Shown one piece after another: positions 19,273 through 29,107 of a stretch of 64,000 nt of DNA (position 1 is its first letter; each line of letters starts with the position of its first letter). The notes beneath the pieces were generated by a model, which had not been told where the DNA came from, made no database searches, and saw only the letters and a list, made by a program, of their open reading frames with translations. The stretch covers positions 2,640 to 66,639 of the forward strand of contig JACPSI010000120.1 in the NCBI GenBank assembly GCA_016193365.1. The letters are read 5' to 3'. The translations under genes and the position numbers were made by a program. This DNA is from Ignavibacteriales bacterium (GTDB lineage Bacteria; Bacteroidota; Ignavibacteria; UBA10030).

Positions 19273-19347
19273 TGGACGCTGGCGGGTTCGAACCACCGAC
19301 CTCCTGCTTGTAAGGCAGGCGCTCTGAACCAGCTGAGCTAAGCGTCC
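19273..19347 (-). tRNA. tRNA-Val (anticodon UAC)
   Basis: The reverse complement folds as a cloverleaf: GGACGCT-TA-GCTC-AGCTGGTTC-AGAGC-G-CCTGC-CTTACAA-GCAGG-AGGTC-GGTGG-TTCGAAC-CCGCC-AGCGTCC-A. No encoded CCA. Confidence 0.85.
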
Positions 19348-19353
19348 GGAAGC

Positions 19354-20085
19354 TTATTCTTCCTCAAATTTCCCCGGCGGCGGCTTGATGCTCAACAGCG
19401 TGTTGATTTCAATGTTGTATTTCGTTGTGATCTCCGGGGATTTTGACAAAATCCTGAAATCTCCAGTCAGAATATTCCGGACAGCAGTATTCAGAGTATC
19501 CGATGCCATAAAGGTCTCCTGAAGTTCGGGAGACCGTAGTTCGACGAACATTCCGTCTGCAGTATACGTCCCCATTTCAAGCTTCTCGATACTGATGCTG
19601 TTCATTGCGTCCAGGCTCTTCTCAATTTTTTTAGCCCGCTCTTTTTCATCCGGACGATGTGCAATCAGCGGATGAGTGGCAGTGAGGAGAGCGTGCTTAT
19701 AATGTTTTTTCAGGTGCTCAAGGTATTGGGGACCTCTGTAATAGTCGATCTTTCGAATGTTCCCTTTTGTTCCGGTCAGTTCTTCTCTCATGACATAAAT
19801 GTGGTCGACGGTGCCCTCGTTGTCAAAATCCGATAGTTGAACAGTGACTCTGGCAATATCGTCCTCGAAAAAGATGTCGAGCATGCTCTTGCCATTGGCC
19901 CTGTATTCTATCCGATTCACGGCATTGCCGGGCATGCTTTCCAGATAACAAACATGGCCTTCTGCGTCAATCGAGATATTGTGAAAATACGTGTTTTTCT
20001 TCCCTCCGTTGTCCTGGCCAAAGGCGAAATTCAGCGTAATCAGGAGAAGGCAGGTACATCGCATCACCAATGAATAATTGTTCAT
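19354..20085 (-). CDS. hypothetical secreted protein
   Basis: Signal peptide MNNYSLVMRCTCLLLITLNFAFGQ. No recognisable domain. Confidence 0.5.
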   Translation of the reverse strand: MNNYSLVMRCTCLLLITLNFAFGQDNGGKKNTYFHNISIDAEGHVCYLESMPGNAVNRIEYRANGKSMLDIFFEDDIARVTVQLSDFDNEGTVDHIYVMREELTGTKGNIRKIDYYRGPQYLEHLKKHYKHALLTATHPLIAHRPDEKERAKKIEKSLDAMNSISIEKLEMGTYTADGMFVELRSPELQETFMASDTLNTAVRNILTGDFRILSKSPEITTKYNIEINTLLSIKPPPGKFEEE

Positions 20086-20125
20086 GGGTTTGAATATAGC
20101 AGTCGCGTACTCCAACAGCAATCGG

Positions 20126-20944
20126 CTAAATCTTTTCGCAATGTTCTGACCGAATCCAACCCACTTTTCCATCCGGCAACGTTATTTTTTCCCAGTCTGC
20201 AACGCTGTCGCTCATCCGGACTTTCAAACCCTCATGAATAACAAAAGCGTCCGCCCCTTGTTCATCCGGCGAGAACTTTGCCGTGACCACGGGTGCAAGA
20301 ATGACCGCCTGGTCTCTGCCGGCAGACCTTTCCCACGCATGGATTCCCATGAAGCTGCCAAGCACGACGACCCCGACAACCGCAACGACCGCGATACGGC
20401 GTGTAGCGGAAAGAAATGAAAGCCGCTTGAGAACGGAGAGCACGCTCAAGGAGAGAAACAGGAGCAGCCACGAAACAATAAAGCCTGCCGTCGCAATTTC
20501 CCGAGAAATGATGCTTCCCAATGCCCTGAGCCAGGAAAAAACAAAAAGTTCCGGGACTGGATCAATGCGGTCTGCTGTTTTCAACTGCGCAAGCTTCAGG
20601 TTGTTCTCGACATCGGGATCGCCCGGGCGCAATCTCGACGCTCGTTCATAAGAAAGAATCGCGCGGGCAATTTTGTTCAGCCTGAAGTAAACATTACCCA
20701 TGTTGAAATACAACTCAGAACTGACGTACCCCTGGCTAAGAATACTCTCGTATGCTCTCAGTGCCTCCTGGAATTGACCGCGCCGATAAAGTTCATTGCC
20801 TTTGCTAAACGCTTCTTCCGGTGTCTGCGAAAATGTGTTGAGCGGAAGGCCAAACAAGATGATGATCAGCGCGGCTCTTTCAACCCGGCTTCTCAATCGT
20901 TTGCTTCGAGGAGACATCTCGCTGCTACTTTCATGCTTTTCCAT
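20126..20944 (-). CDS. BatE-like protein (TPR repeats, two TM helices, C-terminal SH3-like domain)
   Basis: TPR-like N-terminal repeats (ALRAYESILSQGY, NMGNVYFRLNK). The C-terminus ITLPDGKVGWIRSEH is SH3b-like. Position at the end of the bat operon. Confidence 0.6.
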   Translation of the reverse strand: MEKHESSSEMSPRSKRLRSRVERAALIIILFGLPLNTFSQTPEEAFSKGNELYRRGQFQEALRAYESILSQGYVSSELYFNMGNVYFRLNKIARAILSYERASRLRPGDPDVENNLKLAQLKTADRIDPVPELFVFSWLRALGSIISREIATAGFIVSWLLLFLSLSVLSVLKRLSFLSATRRIAVVAVVGVVVLGSFMGIHAWERSAGRDQAVILAPVVTAKFSPDEQGADAFVIHEGLKVRMSDSVADWEKITLPDGKVGWIRSEHCEKI

Positions 20945-22604
20945 TCAAGGACTCTTCAACTGCGTTGATTGCGCTCTTTGCAGCTTCCAAAAGATCTTTC
21001 CTGGCAGTGCGATTATCGGACCCGGGGGCGAAGCGCGCGAATTCTGCACGTTCCAAGCAATGACGCATCTGCTGTGCGATTTCTTCCGAGATTCCCCACT
21101 TGTTCAGCCTTGTGATCGCTTCGTCAACTGTGAGCGATGATTTTGGAATCTGTAACTTGTGTTCCAGGTAATCCAGCAGAGCGCGTGAGATTTCAGAGTG
21201 ATAATGTTCCGAATTACCCTGGGCAAGGAGTTTGCTTGCCAGTTTCAGTCTTTTTGATGCTTCGCGTCCGGCCTTCTGGAACAGAAGTCGTGGCATGTTG
21301 CCATAGATTTTTTCCATCTTCTTCCTGTACACTAGCGCGCCGACAAACATCAGCGGCGGAAGGATCATGCTCGTGTAAAACCACGAACCGCTTGTCGTGC
21401 TTTCACCTGTTCGCCGGAATTCTCCCGAAGAAAGTTTTATGAACCTGATATCTTCTCCAAGCAAGCGGACATCTTCCTTTGAGACGACTGTCCCGCCGCC
21501 GGCGAGGAAATCTTTTCCGGGCGTGATATTCAGCTCGAATTTCGGAGATCGCTGCGTCAGATATTCGCCTTTTGCAAGGTCAAAATACACAAATGACAGC
21601 GGCTCGATGATGCGTTGTCCTGGATTGCGGGGAATCATGACATATTCGGCTGTCTTTTTCCCCCTGATGACGCCGCCATCGCGCAATATGTCCTCACTGA
21701 TTTTGGGTTCATATGCTTCCAGATCGACGGGGAGAGACGGCTTGGGCAATGACAGGAGTTTTAGATTGCCTTTGCCGGAAACTGCCAGTTTGAGCGTGAT
21801 GGCGTCGCCGGATTTTCCCTCCTTTTTGTCCACGGACGCGGAAAAAGTGAAACTGCCGACCGCACCCGTGAATGAGGAAGGAGGTTGCGGAAGGGCATCA
21901 ATCGTCAGCGTCAGCGGATTCGACTTGAATTCATGATCGACAGTTTGCATCCGGTTGAAAAAAGGGTCGTTGAAAAACATATCGAAGGGATCGTTACTTT
22001 TCCTTCGAGACGGGACCTGGACAGGACACCGAAGCTGGATCGGCTCGATTCGGAGCTTCCCGTTCTGCGTCGCAAACAACGCCGTCTTCTTGATTGTTGC
22101 AACCTGGTATCGCTTTCCCTGATACTCCTCTGCTGAAACAGGCGGCTGCTTTGGCAGCTCAAAATCTTCGGACCAAAAGCCTTCGAAGGTCGGCGCTTTT
22201 ACCACATCGTAGCTTGTGATCGCGACGCTCCAATACAGTTTGTAGTGCAGCGTGACCTGTTCACCTTGCCGGGCGCGGTATTTGTCCGGGACGGCACGGA
22301 CAAAGATTTTGTCCTCCAGGTTCAATTGAGGCTGCTCATTTTTCGGCTGTTGCTGCGGCGGCTTCCCTTGCTGCACATCAATGGCAACGGGGGCGGTTTT
22401 CAATGTCTTCCCCTTGTATTCGACGCTTGCCGGGGGGATTGCGTACTTCCCCGACTGACGCGCGTAAAGCACAAGCTCACCCGTTCCTACTTTTGTCTTT
22501 GCCGCAGTTGCAGTGAACATTGCATCCTGTGCATCCAGAATGACAACTTGCAGAATTGCTAAAAGAAAACCGAAGAACATACTTCTCATAAAATTGGGAA
22601 CCAT
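20931..22604 (-). CDS. BatD-like protein
   Basis: 557 aa with signal peptide and a C-terminal TM segment. Size and operon position match BatD of the Bacteroides aerotolerance operon. Confidence 0.65.
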   Translation of the reverse strand: MVPNFMRSMFFGFLLAILQVVILDAQDAMFTATAAKTKVGTGELVLYARQSGKYAIPPASVEYKGKTLKTAPVAIDVQQGKPPQQQPKNEQPQLNLEDKIFVRAVPDKYRARQGEQVTLHYKLYWSVAITSYDVVKAPTFEGFWSEDFELPKQPPVSAEEYQGKRYQVATIKKTALFATQNGKLRIEPIQLRCPVQVPSRRKSNDPFDMFFNDPFFNRMQTVDHEFKSNPLTLTIDALPQPPSSFTGAVGSFTFSASVDKKEGKSGDAITLKLAVSGKGNLKLLSLPKPSLPVDLEAYEPKISEDILRDGGVIRGKKTAEYVMIPRNPGQRIIEPLSFVYFDLAKGEYLTQRSPKFELNITPGKDFLAGGGTVVSKEDVRLLGEDIRFIKLSSGEFRRTGESTTSGSWFYTSMILPPLMFVGALVYRKKMEKIYGNMPRLLFQKAGREASKRLKLASKLLAQGNSEHYHSEISRALLDYLEHKLQIPKSSLTVDEAITRLNKWGISEEIAQQMRHCLERAEFARFAPGSDNRTARKDLLEAAKSAINAVEESLNGKA

Positions 22605-22609
22605 TTATG

Positions 22610-24358
22610 TTACCAGTCCTTTTCCACTTTTACTCTTACGCCTTCCCGTTTGCGCAGATTTTTTTGAACCTCTTTCTCGTTGTTTCGTAATGCTTCCAGG
22701 ATTCGCTCCGCCTGTTGCTTCGGCATCTGGTTCATTTTTTGCGCTTGTTGTTGCTGGGTTTTGTCCTGTTTTGCTTCCTGTGACTGATTCTGTTGCTGCT
22801 GCTCTTGCTGATTTTGCTGCTGATTCTGTTGTTGACTCTGTTCCTGCTTTTCTTGCTTATCCTGATTTTTTTCCTGGTTCTTCTGCTGGTTTTGTTGCTG
22901 TTGCTGGTCTTGCGAGCGCTTGCGGGCAAGCTCCAGGTTATAACGGGCATCGTCGTCATTCGGGTTCAACCGCAGCGACTGTTTATAGGCCTCAATGCTC
23001 TCCTTGATTTTGCTTGCCCTGAACAATGAATTGCCCAGATTATAATATGTTTGAGCCCGGTCAACATCAGACCCCATTGCTATCGCCGAAGTATTAAATT
23101 GTCTCCCCGCCTCGTCAAAGCGTTCCTGTTTATAATAGGCATCGCCGAGGTTGAATTGAGCCTCTCTGGATTTTGGATCTTTCTCTAGGGCTTTTTTGTA
23201 AGCAACTTCTGCGTCGGTGTAATTCCTTTTTCCGAAAGATTTGTTTCCGTCATTGACGTGCGACCGAACCGTCTGCGCACTCGCCTGCGAGACGAACGCG
23301 AGGATCGCCGCGAAAACGCCGAACGCCGGCAAAAGCTTCTTCACACGAAGGATGAATCTTCCCTTTCTCTCCGAGAGAACATTCTCGAGTATCAGGAGTA
23401 CTATTGCAGCGGCAAGAGGAAACTGGTAGCGCGACTCAAAGCCCGCTACTTGTTTAACACCAAATTCAGTTTTCTCGAGAGAAGCCAGTTCGTTGAAGAT
23501 CTCGTCGATTTCATTTCCTGCGCTTGTTGCGCGCCGATATTTTCCTCCGGTAGATAGTGCAATCTCCTGGAGCATCGATTCATCAAGCCTTGTGACGACA
23601 ACGCTGCCAGTCCGGTCACGTTTGAAGTCAACGCGTTGTCCGTTGGCGTCGTAGATCGGAATTGGACCGCCTTCTGCTGTGCCCATCCCGACCGTGTACA
23701 CCCTCACACCTGATTTTTTTGCTTCTTCAACTGCGCCGAGGACGTCACCTTCCGTATTTTCGCCGTCGGTGACGACGATGATTGCCTTCTGCGTCGGCAG
23801 GTCGGTCGAGAACGACTTCATCGCCCTTTCGACAGCAAGCCCAATCATCGTGCCGGGCGTGGGGACAGATTCCACGTCGACCGCGGAGATGAACAAATCC
23901 GCCGCTGCGTAATCGACCGTGAGCGGGAACTGGACAAAAGCATCTCCCGCAAAGACAATCAACCCTACACGGTCCCCGGAAAGTTTTTTCAGTAAAGCCG
24001 AAACATCCCGTTTTGCTTTTTCCAGCCGGCTCGGCTTAATATCCTCCGCTTTCATGCTCAGGGACACATCGAGAGCCACAAAGAGGTCAATGCCTTCGCG
24101 TTTGATTTCTTCAAGCCGCGTTCCCACTTGAGGATTTGCGGCCGCAAGTATCAGGAACGCAAGCGAAAGCAGTAAAAGAGCTTGCTTGAGACTTCGTTTT
24201 GTTGAGCTTGCATCCGGAGCAAGCTGTGATATCAGTTTTTCGGCGACCAGCTGACGAAGGAGCTTCTTCCCTTTCCAATGGAACAGAATGAACAGTACAA
24301 CAAGAAGAGGGAGCGCAAGAAGCGCCCAAAGATAATCGGGATTTGAGAACTGTAACAT
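22610..24358 (-). CDS. BatB-like VWA-domain protein fused in frame to a BatC-like TPR protein with a Gln/Asn-rich C-terminal tail
   Basis: N-terminal TM plus VWA domain (DLFVALDVSLSM...VVTDGEN). After a second TM, an in-frame signal-peptide-like segment (V)KKLLPAFGVFAAILAFVSQASAQ begins at a GTG at 23344. TPR repeats follow (NLGDAYYKQ, YNLGNSLF), then a ~70-aa Q/N/E/K-rich low-complexity tail. Confidence 0.7.
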   Translation of the reverse strand: MLQFSNPDYLWALLALPLLVVLFILFHWKGKKLLRQLVAEKLISQLAPDASSTKRSLKQALLLLSLAFLILAAANPQVGTRLEEIKREGIDLFVALDVSLSMKAEDIKPSRLEKAKRDVSALLKKLSGDRVGLIVFAGDAFVQFPLTVDYAAADLFISAVDVESVPTPGTMIGLAVERAMKSFSTDLPTQKAIIVVTDGENTEGDVLGAVEEAKKSGVRVYTVGMGTAEGGPIPIYDANGQRVDFKRDRTGSVVVTRLDESMLQEIALSTGGKYRRATSAGNEIDEIFNELASLEKTEFGVKQVAGFESRYQFPLAAAIVLLILENVLSERKGRFILRVKKLLPAFGVFAAILAFVSQASAQTVRSHVNDGNKSFGKRNYTDAEVAYKKALEKDPKSREAQFNLGDAYYKQERFDEAGRQFNTSAIAMGSDVDRAQTYYNLGNSLFRASKIKESIEAYKQSLRLNPNDDDARYNLELARKRSQDQQQQQNQQKNQEKNQDKQEKQEQSQQQNQQQNQQEQQQQNQSQEAKQDKTQQQQAQKMNQMPKQQAERILEALRNNEKEVQKNLRKREGVRVKVEKDW

Positions 24359-24366
24359 AGGTTGCG

Positions 24367-25359
24367 TCAGGGAATTTTTCTCAAAATCGTCGAAGCCATC
24401 CCCACCTCTACGACCAGCAGGAAAAGGCCTGCATAGAGCCAATTCGGGAATAAGTCCGTGTAACGTTTGTACGCCGTGACTTCGATCTTTGTCCGTTCAA
24501 GCTGGTCGATTTCCTTGTAGATCGCCTTCAATTTTCTGTTGTCGGTTGCGCGGTAGTATTTTCCCCCCGTCATTTCCGCAATTGCCGTGAGGGTTTTTTC
24601 ATCAAGGTCCACAGGAACCATTCCTCTGCGAATTCCGAACGGTGTCTTGAAGGGATACGGAGCCTGACCGTGTGCACCCACGCCCACGGTGTAGACGCGG
24701 ACATTGTATGTCACGGCAATCTTTCCTGCGGTCAATGGGTCAATTTCTCCTTTATTGTTCACACCGTCGGTCAGGAGAATCATGACTTTGCTTTTTGCCT
24801 TGCTCTCTTTCAGGCGATTGACTCCATTTGCCAACGCCAGACCTATCGCGGTTCCGTCGACGATCATGCCGTTTTTTACTTCCCGCAACAGATTTTTCAG
24901 GACGCGATAATCTGTTGTCAGCGGGCACTGGGTAAAACTTTCACCCGAAAAAATGACCAGGCCAATCCGGTCGTTCGTTCTTCCTTCAATAAACTCCGTG
25001 GCCACTTGTTTGGCTGCGTCCAACCGGTTTGGCGAAAAATCCTCCGCCAGCATGCTTCCGGAAATGTCGAGGACAAGAACGATGTCGATTCCTTCCGTCG
25101 TGATGTTTTCGCGGCTGGACACCGACTGAGGGCCGGCCAACGCGACGATAAGAGCGCCGAGTGCAAAAAGGCGCACGGCGGGGGGAACATACCGAAGTCT
25201 CTCGCGAAGCGAGCGTGGCGCCTTGAGAAATGGCTGAAGTGAAGAAAATTGAACTTCCGCGACCATCCGTCGCCGTCTGCGCCAATACGCAATCGCCAGG
25301 ACGGGCAGCAAGGCAAGAAGCCATAAGAACTCCGGGTTTGCGAATCTGTCACCCAGCAT
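24367..25359 (-). CDS. BatA-like VWA-domain membrane protein
   Basis: LWLLALLPVLAIAYW TM, then VWA MIDAS motif IVLVLDISGSM ... LLTDGVNN. Confidence 0.8.
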   Translation of the reverse strand: MLGDRFANPEFLWLLALLPVLAIAYWRRRRRMVAEVQFSSLQPFLKAPRSLRERLRYVPPAVRLFALGALIVALAGPQSVSSRENITTEGIDIVLVLDISGSMLAEDFSPNRLDAAKQVATEFIEGRTNDRIGLVIFSGESFTQCPLTTDYRVLKNLLREVKNGMIVDGTAIGLALANGVNRLKESKAKSKVMILLTDGVNNKGEIDPLTAGKIAVTYNVRVYTVGVGAHGQAPYPFKTPFGIRRGMVPVDLDEKTLTAIAEMTGGKYYRATDNRKLKAIYKEIDQLERTKIEVTAYKRYTDLFPNWLYAGLFLLVVEVGMASTILRKIP

Positions 25360-26335
25360 ACTCGATTTCCTCTTTCGTTACCTGGACCCGGGGTTCCATG
25401 GCCCGGACAATTTCGTACGCCCAACGCAGTTCCTTTTCATGTTCTTCCGGGGTTGGGTGGTACTTGGCAAATTTTACGAGGTCTGCCGTTGTGAAGAAAG
25501 ACTGCATTTCACGCCAGACTTTCTGAGCATCAGCAAATGCTTTCATTTGTTGAAGAATTTCGTCGGATGTCAACTCAAGTGCGATAATTCTCCATCTGCC
25601 CTCAAAAAATCTTCGGATGATTTCTGTTACTTCCGAATAATACTCCTTCACTTTTCCCTGCTGCCAGAGTTTCTTGTCCTCAAGCTCTCTCAGCTCGTAC
25701 AGGGCCTGTTGATGAGGCGGAATCTGAGGCTTGAGCACCGCAAACTCATCGTCCCTTTGTTTTCGTTTCTTCCTCCAATAGTAATAGCCCAATCCGGCAA
25801 GCGCAAGAGCTGCCAATGCGATCAGATAGGGCAGGTAGTCTTCAAACCTCCACGGCGCATCGAACGGCAATTTGATGTCTCGAATATCACCCTGGGCGTC
25901 AACGGCAACACTGCCAATGTCCAGAATCAACGAGTTGCTCCGTGCGATTCGTTGAGTTGAATCTCCTTTGAGCCGATAAGCAAAATCAACGGGCGGGATG
26001 TAGGCCTTTCCCGAATCGAATGTCGTGAGCTTGAAATTCCATACTCGCCGGTGGCCGTCTTCAGCAGATCCGATCTCCTGAGCTTCAACCCGAAGAATTT
26101 CGAACGGTCCAATGCTGTCTTTCACAACGGGTGCAATCGTCTCGACCGTGGCCGGGAGCTTTGCTTCGACCGTGAGCTGAACCCAATCGCCAATACGGTA
26201 GTGGAGCGAATCTGTCCGAGCGGAAATCTTCACTTCTTGCGAAAACAGCGAACCGGACCACATCAGCAATACCACAAACATCGTTCCGACAGACCGCATT
26301 CCCCAGTCCCCAATCTGCATTCGATTTTTTACCAT
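25349..26335 (-). CDS. hypothetical membrane-anchored protein of the MoxR/DUF58/Bat operon (DUF4381-like position)
   Basis: Conserved operon position between DUF58 and BatA. Signal/TM at the N-terminus. Internal TM LIALAALALAGLGYYYW followed by a charged stretch. Confidence 0.5.
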   Translation of the reverse strand: MVKNRMQIGDWGMRSVGTMFVVLLMWSGSLFSQEVKISARTDSLHYRIGDWVQLTVEAKLPATVETIAPVVKDSIGPFEILRVEAQEIGSAEDGHRRVWNFKLTTFDSGKAYIPPVDFAYRLKGDSTQRIARSNSLILDIGSVAVDAQGDIRDIKLPFDAPWRFEDYLPYLIALAALALAGLGYYYWRKKRKQRDDEFAVLKPQIPPHQQALYELRELEDKKLWQQGKVKEYYSEVTEIIRRFFEGRWRIIALELTSDEILQQMKAFADAQKVWREMQSFFTTADLVKFAKYHPTPEEHEKELRWAYEIVRAMEPRVQVTKEEIEYAG

Positions 26336-27204
26336 CTTCGTTCCCTCATCCTGAAGAAATCAGTCAGCGGTTTTAGATAGGGCTGGTCGAGGCGAATCTC
26401 TACGGCGTCGAGACGGGATTTGAGAAACACAGACCGCCGCGTTTGCAGCATGTGTTCGCTATACGCTTGATAGTTCGCGCGAATTCTCTGGTCGCTCGAA
26501 TCGACCCAGCGTTGTTCACCGGTTTCGGCATCGCGGAACGTAATGAGTCCCACTTTGGGAAGTTCTTTTTCACGGGGGTCGAGCAGGACGAGTCCGATAA
26601 GGTCATGCCGCTTGCCGGCAATGCGAAGGGCGGATTCGTATCCGGTGTCGATGAAATCTGAAACGAGAAAAACAATGCTGCGCTTCTTTTGAATATGGTT
26701 AAGATATTCGAGCGCCGCGGCGATCTTTGTGGTACGCTGTTGAGGCTCAAAGTCAATCAGCTCACGGACAACGCGCAGTGTGTGCGAGCGACCTTTTCTC
26801 GGCGGTATAAACTTTTCAATCCGGTCAGTGAAGAGAATTGCCCCCACCTTATCGTTATTCTTCATTGCGGAAAACGCAAGGATGGCGCTTAACTCGATGG
26901 CCACATCGCGTTTCAACGCAGCTTGGGAGCCGAAGAATTGTGAGCCGCTCATATCGACCAGAAGTATCACGGTCAATTCCCGTTCTTCCTCGAAAACCTT
27001 GACGAACGGATGATTGAAGCGAGCAGTGACATTCCAGTCAATCGTACGAATTTCATCGCCGATTTGGTACTCACGAACCTCCGAGAAGGCCATGCCGCGG
27101 CCTTTGAAGACGGAGTGATACTCTCCCGAAAGGACTTGATTGACAAGCCCTCGCGTGCGAATCTCCAGCTGCCGGACTTTTTTGAGGAGTTCTTTGGTTT
27201 CCAT
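26329..27204 (-). CDS. DUF58 domain protein (VWA-like, MoxR partner)
   Basis: YQIGDEIRTIDWNVTAR...ILLVDMSGS pattern typical of DUF58. Immediately downstream of the MoxR ATPase. Confidence 0.8.
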   Translation of the reverse strand: METKELLKKVRQLEIRTRGLVNQVLSGEYHSVFKGRGMAFSEVREYQIGDEIRTIDWNVTARFNHPFVKVFEEERELTVILLVDMSGSQFFGSQAALKRDVAIELSAILAFSAMKNNDKVGAILFTDRIEKFIPPRKGRSHTLRVVRELIDFEPQQRTTKIAAALEYLNHIQKKRSIVFLVSDFIDTGYESALRIAGKRHDLIGLVLLDPREKELPKVGLITFRDAETGEQRWVDSSDQRIRANYQAYSEHMLQTRRSVFLKSRLDAVEIRLDQPYLKPLTDFFRMRERRW

Positions 27205-27330
27205 TTTTCGCTTGCAATGCCATTCTGAGGATTGACGGAGTCATCCGAAGAATCTGATACGTTAGATCCTTCCTGCCCGCCTCGTTGATCTCATAGGGCA
27301 GGCGGACGCTTTGCTCAGGATGATATTTTA

Positions 27331-28314
27331 CTACGGCACCTCAACTTTATTCAATATCTCCCGCACCACATGCTCGGACGTAATCTCTTCAGCCTCAGCT
27401 TCGTACGTAACCGCTATACGATGGCGCAGTACATCCGGACAGATTGCACGGACGTCTTCGGGAATGACATAGCCGCGTCTCTTGATGAATGCATGAGCCT
27501 TCGAAGCGAGCGCGAGATTAATCGACGCGCGGGGGGAAGCTCCATAACTGATCAACGGCGCTAGTTTATCCAGTTTAAAGCGCTTTGGCTCCCTCGTTGC
27601 AAAAACGATGTCGAGAATGTACCGTTCGATCTTTTCATCCATGTAGACACTTCGGACAACGTCGCGAGCGGCAAGTACCTGCTTTGTCGACACCGTCGGC
27701 TTGAGTTCCTTCGGCATACCATTGATATTGAGTCGCATGATCAACAATTCCTCATCGCGCGACGGGTAGTCGATTTTTACCTTCAGCATAAAGCGGTCGA
27801 CCTGGGCTTCCGGCAAGGGATATGTCCCTTCTTGCTCAATGGGGTTTTGTGTTGCAAGAACGAGGAATGGCTCTTCGAGCTTGTACGTCTCTTCTCCAAT
27901 CGTCACCTGTTTTTCCTGCATCGCCTCAAGGAGCGCGCTTTGGACTTTGGCCGGCGCCCGGTTAATTTCATCTGCGAGGATGAAATTTGCGAAGATCGGG
28001 CCTTTGCGCGTGAAAAACTTCCCGTCTTTCTGATTGTAAATCATTGTCCCAACGAGGTCTGCGGGCAGCAAATCCGGGGTAAATTGAATGCGTTGAAACT
28101 TGGCATTGATGGCCGAAGACAGTGTCTTGATGGTGAGCGTCTTCGCCAATCCCGGAACTCCTTCCAGTAGAATGTGTCCCTGGCAAAGCAGGCCGATGAG
28201 GAGCCGGTCGACCATTTGTTTCTGTCCGACAATGACCTTCCCGACGTCGCCGGTTAGTTCATCGACAAAGGCACTTTCCTTCTTGATCATTTCATTGATT
28301 GTCTTGATATCCAC
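27331..28314 (-). CDS. MoxR-family AAA+ ATPase
   Basis: Walker A GVPGLAKT, Walker B ILADEINRA, and the MoxR-type motif VLATQNP. Confidence 0.9.
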   Translation of the reverse strand: MDIKTINEMIKKESAFVDELTGDVGKVIVGQKQMVDRLLIGLLCQGHILLEGVPGLAKTLTIKTLSSAINAKFQRIQFTPDLLPADLVGTMIYNQKDGKFFTRKGPIFANFILADEINRAPAKVQSALLEAMQEKQVTIGEETYKLEEPFLVLATQNPIEQEGTYPLPEAQVDRFMLKVKIDYPSRDEELLIMRLNINGMPKELKPTVSTKQVLAARDVVRSVYMDEKIERYILDIVFATREPKRFKLDKLAPLISYGASPRASINLALASKAHAFIKRRGYVIPEDVRAICPDVLRHRIAVTYEAEAEEITSEHVVREILNKVEVP

Positions 28315-28410
28315 GCAATCCTCCGGTTCTGTGCAATCTTATTTGACGTTTTGCATCGTGTGTGCGTTCCTTACGAAAACTAATCGAGCCACTCTGAGGA
28401 AACGAAGAGC

Positions 28411-28482
<72 letters not shown>

Positions 28483-28622
28483 TTACTCCCGCGTTGCAGG
28501 TCCCGACGAACAGCCGTCGGGATCCTCAAAATCGCAGTCGCAGGGTTAATATAGAGAAATCGCGAGAATGCTTCAAGGCTTTCAGAAAAGCCACAGAGGG
28601 CAGTTTGTATCGCAAAATCTCA

Positions 28623-28997
28623 TTAAGCGGATGCAGGCAGGAGTACGTTCCGAACGAGTTTTACGAAATCGTCAATGTCGAAGGGTTTGGTGACATAAGC
28701 GGTAGCACCAAGTGCTTGAGCCTGTTTTTTGCTTGCTGAATCATCGAGCGCGGTCAGGAAAATAAACGGGACATTTCCGACTTTTGGTTCGCTTCGGACC
28801 TTCTGGAACAATGTGAACCCGTCCATCCCTCCCATTTTCATGTCAGAGATGATCAAATCGGGTTGATACTGGGGAACTTGTTGAAGTGCTTCTTCAGCGG
28901 TGAGTGACTTCCGAACTTCGTAGCCTTCTTCCTCGAGAACGGATGCCACAATATCGATCAGCTGTTCTTCATCTTCAACGAGAAGGATGTGCTTCAT
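28623..28997 (-). CDS. single-domain response regulator (CheY-like receiver)
   Basis: ILLVEDEE...DLIISDMKMGGMDG...LTA motifs (phospho-acceptor Asp in DLIISDMKM). Start taken at MKHILLV. Confidence 0.8.
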   Translation of the reverse strand: MKHILLVEDEEQLIDIVASVLEEEGYEVRKSLTAEEALQQVPQYQPDLIISDMKMGGMDGFTLFQKVRSEPKVGNVPFIFLTALDDSASKKQAQALGATAYVTKPFDIDDFVKLVRNVLLPASA

Positions 28998-29107
28998 GGG
29001 GGACGCCTCCGCGTGATTTCCAATTGAAAAGCTTCCGTGAAGGTAGAGCGAGGAACCCGGAAGTAGCGTGATGCCTGACACAGAACGTTGGACAAGAATC
29101 CGGGATT

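Noticed and set aside
22793-23029. 78-aa poly-Leu ORF
   Set aside because: Reverse-frame reading of the Gln-codon repeat in the batC tail.
24670-25242. 190-aa plus-strand ORF
   Set aside because: Antisense to batA.
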